From positions 544,001-608,000 of the forward strand of contig OY970195.1 in assembly GCA_963708185.1 (NCBI GenBank): a DNA stretch of 64,000 nt. The letters are read 5' to 3'. The notes beneath the pieces are model-generated. The model did not search any database and was not told the origin of the DNA. It saw only the letters and a program-made list of their open reading frames with translations. Within the stretch, counting starts at the first letter, position 1. Each line of letters starts with the position of its first letter. The translations under genes were made by a program, and so were the position numbers. Shown one piece after another: positions 61,073 through 64,000 of the stretch. The stretch is from Candidatus Peregrinibacteria bacterium (GTDB lineage Bacteria > Patescibacteriota > Gracilibacteria > UBA1369).

Positions 61073-62086
61073 ATGAAAAAAACTACTTTCACAAAACTTT
61101 TCGCTTTGCTGGCGGGCATCGCCTTGATTGTTCCGGGTCTTACACTGGCTTCCGAAATCCGAGCTGGCGCCAATGAAAACGTCGACCAGACGGAAACCAT
61201 CAATCAGAATCTCTACCTCGCGGGTCCGAATCCGATCATCGCCGGTACCGTGCAGGGAGACCTGCTGGTTTGGGGCAGCAACATTAACATGAGCGGCACG
61301 GTTTTCCAGGACGCCATGCTGGCAGGAGCCGCTATCAATATTACCGGGCACGTCGGCGGAGACCTGAGGGTCGCAGCCGGGAACATTGTCATTGACGGTC
61401 CCGTGGACGGGGAACTCATGGCGGCCGGCGGAAATGTGAACATCGGCCCGCATGCCGTGATCCGTGGAGACGTGAACATTGTCGGGGGACAGGTCAACGT
61501 AGATCCTTCGGCCCAAATGCTCAGTTCAAAAATCAACATCCAAAACGGTGAAAAAGATCGCCAGACGGCGCCTCGCCCGTTGTTGATGGATACGAATAAA
61601 TTTTTAACCACAGCGTTCTGGGTCGGACAACTTTTGATGCTTCTGGGAATTTTCGTGGTGGTGGCGATCATGCATCTGCTTTTTCCGGGCTTCACCAAAA
61701 AGTTTGTGCTGGAAAGCTCGCCAAAAAATTTCTGGAAGAGTTTCGTGCTTGGACTTGTGCTGTTTATCGTGATGCCGATTGCGGCCATCATCTCTTTCGT
61801 AACGATAATCGGCGGATTCCTTGGCGGGCTTATTTTGATCGCCTATGTGGCCATGATCATTGTCAGCGTCATTTATGGCGGCGTGGTCCTTGGTGTGCTG
61901 CTTTATGATTTCATTAAAAAGCCCAAACGCTATGCTTTTGGCTGGTGGTGGCTCATCCTTGGTATCGTGGGACTCCACGTGATTACCTGGATCCCGATCG
62001 TGGGTTGGATCATTGGCTTTGTGTTCTTCCTTACCGCGTGGGGAGCTTTGCTTTCGCTCAAATGGAAGCAAATGAAGGCGATGTAG
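61073..62086 (+). CDS. Bactofilin-like beta-helix membrane protein
   Basis: Signal peptide; I.G.V.GDL..AG repeats; five C-terminal TM helices. Confidence 0.75.
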   Translation: MKKTTFTKLFALLAGIALIVPGLTLASEIRAGANENVDQTETINQNLYLAGPNPIIAGTVQGDLLVWGSNINMSGTVFQDAMLAGAAINITGHVGGDLRVAAGNIVIDGPVDGELMAAGGNVNIGPHAVIRGDVNIVGGQVNVDPSAQMLSSKINIQNGEKDRQTAPRPLLMDTNKFLTTAFWVGQLLMLLGIFVVVAIMHLLFPGFTKKFVLESSPKNFWKSFVLGLVLFIVMPIAAIISFVTIIGGFLGGLILIAYVAMIIVSVIYGGVVLGVLLYDFIKKPKRYAFGWWWLILGIVGLHVITWIPIVGWIIGFVFFLTAWGALLSLKWKQMKAM

Positions 62087-62196
62087 TTTTGAACAGGTTC
62101 TTTATTGCAAAGCCAGACAACCGGCTGGTCCGAACTCGGCTGTTTGACTTTCGCATGGGTTTTGTTAGAGTTTACCCCGCTGAATATTGCGCATAT

Positions 62197-62275
62197 TGGG
62201 GCGTCGCCCCCGAAGGGGTAAACAAGTGGTAAGGCACCCCATTGGGGCATTCGAAGGTTCATTCTTACCCCCGGC
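62197..62275 (+). pseudogene. Degenerate copy of tRNA-Gln with hairpin insertions
   Basis: TGGGGCGTCGCC, CAAGTGGTAAGGCA and CATTCGAAGGTTC blocks identical to tRNA-Gln at 62522. Confidence 0.75.
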
Positions 62276-62278
62276 ATC

Positions 62279-62521
62279 ATGTATCATGTTTATATATTGC
62301 GAAGCGAAAAAGACGGAAAGCGGTATATTGGCCAGACAGGTAATCTTGAACAACGATTGAGCAGACATAATGAAGGAAGAGTTCCTTCGACGAAATACCG
62401 GAGGCCACTTCACCTCATTCATTCTGAAGAATACGAAACAAGAGCAGACGCGTTAGCAAGAGAAAGATATCTTAAATCACCTGACGGATATTACGAACTG
62501 GAAGTGATCACCGGAGATTAA
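62279..62521 (+). CDS. Small GIY-YIG nuclease family protein
   Basis: YHVYILRS...YIGQT.NLEQRL..HN.G...T...RP...E......A..RE..LK. Confidence 0.92.
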   Translation: MYHVYILRSEKDGKRYIGQTGNLEQRLSRHNEGRVPSTKYRRPLHLIHSEEYETRADALARERYLKSPDGYYELEVITGD

Positions 62522-62596
62522 TGGGGCGTCGCCAAGTGGTAAGGCAGTGGCCTTTGGAGCCACCATTCGAAGGTTCGAATCCTTCCGCCCCAGCCA
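62522..62596 (+). tRNA. tRNA-Gln(TTG)
   Basis: Cloverleaf, anticodon arm GTGGC-CTTTGGA-GCCAC, GGTTCGAATCC, encoded CCA. Confidence 0.95.
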
Positions 62597-62815
62597 AGTG
62601 ATTCAGTTTGTTCAGCTATGATCCACCTCCATAGGGTTGTGATAATTTGAAATGGTGCTCTTTTTGATGCTGAAAAGGTCCTTGTGGACTTGTTTATGGT
62701 ACTAGACCCACGTCCCATAGGCGAAGTAGTCATTGGAAAGTTTTCATTCTTGCTATGTACGTTTCCCGCCGGCTATAATTGGTATTTAATTATAAGATAC
62801 CTTCATTTTTTCTTT

Positions 62816-63274
62816 ATGAAACATTCTGTCAGTACCGCGGTGAAAAAATTTTTCGAGGATTATGAAACAAACATCAACGCCGGTGGGTCTGAATTCATTA
62901 CCAAGGCGTACGGCGATCCGGTCATGATCGCGATGCCCAAAGGTTCGTACGCTTTCACGAATGAAGCTTTCCGGAAAATGATTCCAAACCGTAAACAGTT
63001 CTTTGACGCTACCGGGTTAAAGTCTTCATCCATTTCGTCACTGGAAGAGCTGAGCGGCGACGAAAGCTTTTTCATCGTAAAGACCGTCTGGAATTTTCAT
63101 TTTGAAAAGAATCCCGGAAAACCGTTTGATGTTCGGACGGCTTCGACCTATGTCTTACGGAAAGAAGGCGATTCACCCCGGATCATTTTTCAGCTGGACC
63201 ATGAAGATCTCAAGGAGAAAATCCAGGGACATGCAGAAACCGTGACGCATGATGGAGTTGAGGCTTCTTCGTGA
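62816..63274 (+). CDS. NTF2/SnoaL-like protein
   Basis: 152 aa; FF..Y, TYVLR...PRIIF..DHED pattern. Confidence 0.55.
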   Translation: MKHSVSTAVKKFFEDYETNINAGGSEFITKAYGDPVMIAMPKGSYAFTNEAFRKMIPNRKQFFDATGLKSSSISSLEELSGDESFFIVKTVWNFHFEKNPGKPFDVRTASTYVLRKEGDSPRIIFQLDHEDLKEKIQGHAETVTHDGVEASS

Positions 63275-63312
63275 ATCCGTTATAATCGAACGTAAGCGAT
63301 TCAAAACAAACC

Positions 63313-63804
63313 ATGCAAATAAACATCTTCATGTGGATCCTGTTCATTGTCCTGTGCGAGGCCGTAGGGCTGGTGGGTTCGTTTTCCGTTACGCAGGCCA
63401 TTCCAACGTGGTATGCCAAACTAAAGAAACCTTCCTTTAGTCCGCCGAACTGGGTGTTCGGGCCTGTGTGGACGATCCTCTATTTTTTGATTGGGATTTC
63501 CGTTGCCATGCTGTGGGAACAGCTTCCGGTGACTTCCCTGGCATTCCTTTTATTTGTGATGCAGTTGTTTTTGAACGGGATCTGGACTCCCGTATTTTTT
63601 GGTCTGAAAAATATTGAAAGCGCTTTTTATATCATTGTCACTCTCTGGATTTTTACGTTATTGACAATTATCGCGTGCTGGACGGTCAGCCTTGCCGCGG
63701 CTGTCCTGCTTTTGCCTTATTTTGCCTGGATTTCCTTTGCCGCTTTGTTGAACTTCAAAATCTGGCAACTGAATAAAAAGTCCTGGTTCCCTTTCCATTT
63801 TTAA
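63313..63804 (+). CDS. tspO: TspO/MBR family tryptophan-rich sensory protein
   Basis: WYAKLKKPSFSPPNWVFGPVWT, LNGIWTPVFFG, PYFAWISFA. Confidence 0.95.
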   Translation: MQINIFMWILFIVLCEAVGLVGSFSVTQAIPTWYAKLKKPSFSPPNWVFGPVWTILYFLIGISVAMLWEQLPVTSLAFLLFVMQLFLNGIWTPVFFGLKNIESAFYIIVTLWIFTLLTIIACWTVSLAAAVLLLPYFAWISFAALLNFKIWQLNKKSWFPFHF

Positions 63805-63814
63805 AGAACGGTCT

Positions 63815-64000
63815 ATGGATAGATTCATCAAGGTCGGGTATTTTCTGGGTTTTGCCGTCGTGGCCATCGGCTCGTTTTTTGCACTGTTCATGAGACCGCA
63901 GATTCCGCCGATTGAAAGTTCTCAGCAGCAGACGCAAGTCTTTACGCAGTATGCGTCAACGGTTACGGAGCAGACACAAGCAACGATCCAGCCGACCCAA
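63815..64000 (+). CDS. Membrane-anchored protein, N-terminal part (runs off window)
   Basis: MDRFIKVGYFLGFAVVAIGSFFALFMRPQ... open to window end. Confidence 0.55.
   Translation, partial: MDRFIKVGYFLGFAVVAIGSFFALFMRPQIPPIESSQQQTQVFTQYASTVTEQTQATIQPTQ

Noticed and set aside
1-64000. UGA-to-Gly recoding (code 25) as in Gracilibacteria/SR1
   Set aside because: Conserved genes are full length under code 11 and several end at TGA

Overview
Chromosomal window of a Candidate Phyla Radiation (Patescibacteria) bacterium, most likely Peregrinibacteria-like. It uses the standard code (TGA ends clpC and others), has AT-rich leaders without Shine-Dalgarno (SD) motifs on housekeeping genes, and carries a Cas12a remnant resembling PeCpf1. 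Core genes: ruvB (partial), clpC with CIRCE, rpsA, ylxR, a frameshifted UvrD/PD-(D/E)XK helicase, rmuC, infB, hup, dispersed dTDP-rhamnose genes, proS, csaB-like, rnhB, rplS, tig, rpmA, nth, tRNA-His and tRNA-Gln. The most striking structure is three protein-coding transcription units (about 29.5-31.2 kb minus, 32.3-37.0 kb minus, 51.2-52.2 kb plus) built like rRNA operons. Each has a consensus sigma70 promoter, a boxA-like antitermination motif, a 14-16 nt leader arm complementary to a trailer arm beyond the last stop codon (one long-range stem closes the whole mRNA), hairpin-rich UTRs and a terminator. Their ORFs are GC-richer than the neighbours, carry SD motifs the housekeeping genes lack, and encode myxobacterial-style lipoproteins, a beta-barrel-like protein and a membrane protein. 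One paralog between them lacks all these signals. A speculative reading is stabilised or processed mRNA cargo tuned for translation by a high-GC diderm host. Also notable: a truncated cas12a with no array, a GIY-YIG gene between a degenerate and an intact tRNA-Gln, and large effector-like proteins. Annotations rest on motif recognition by eye; no searches or folding were run.
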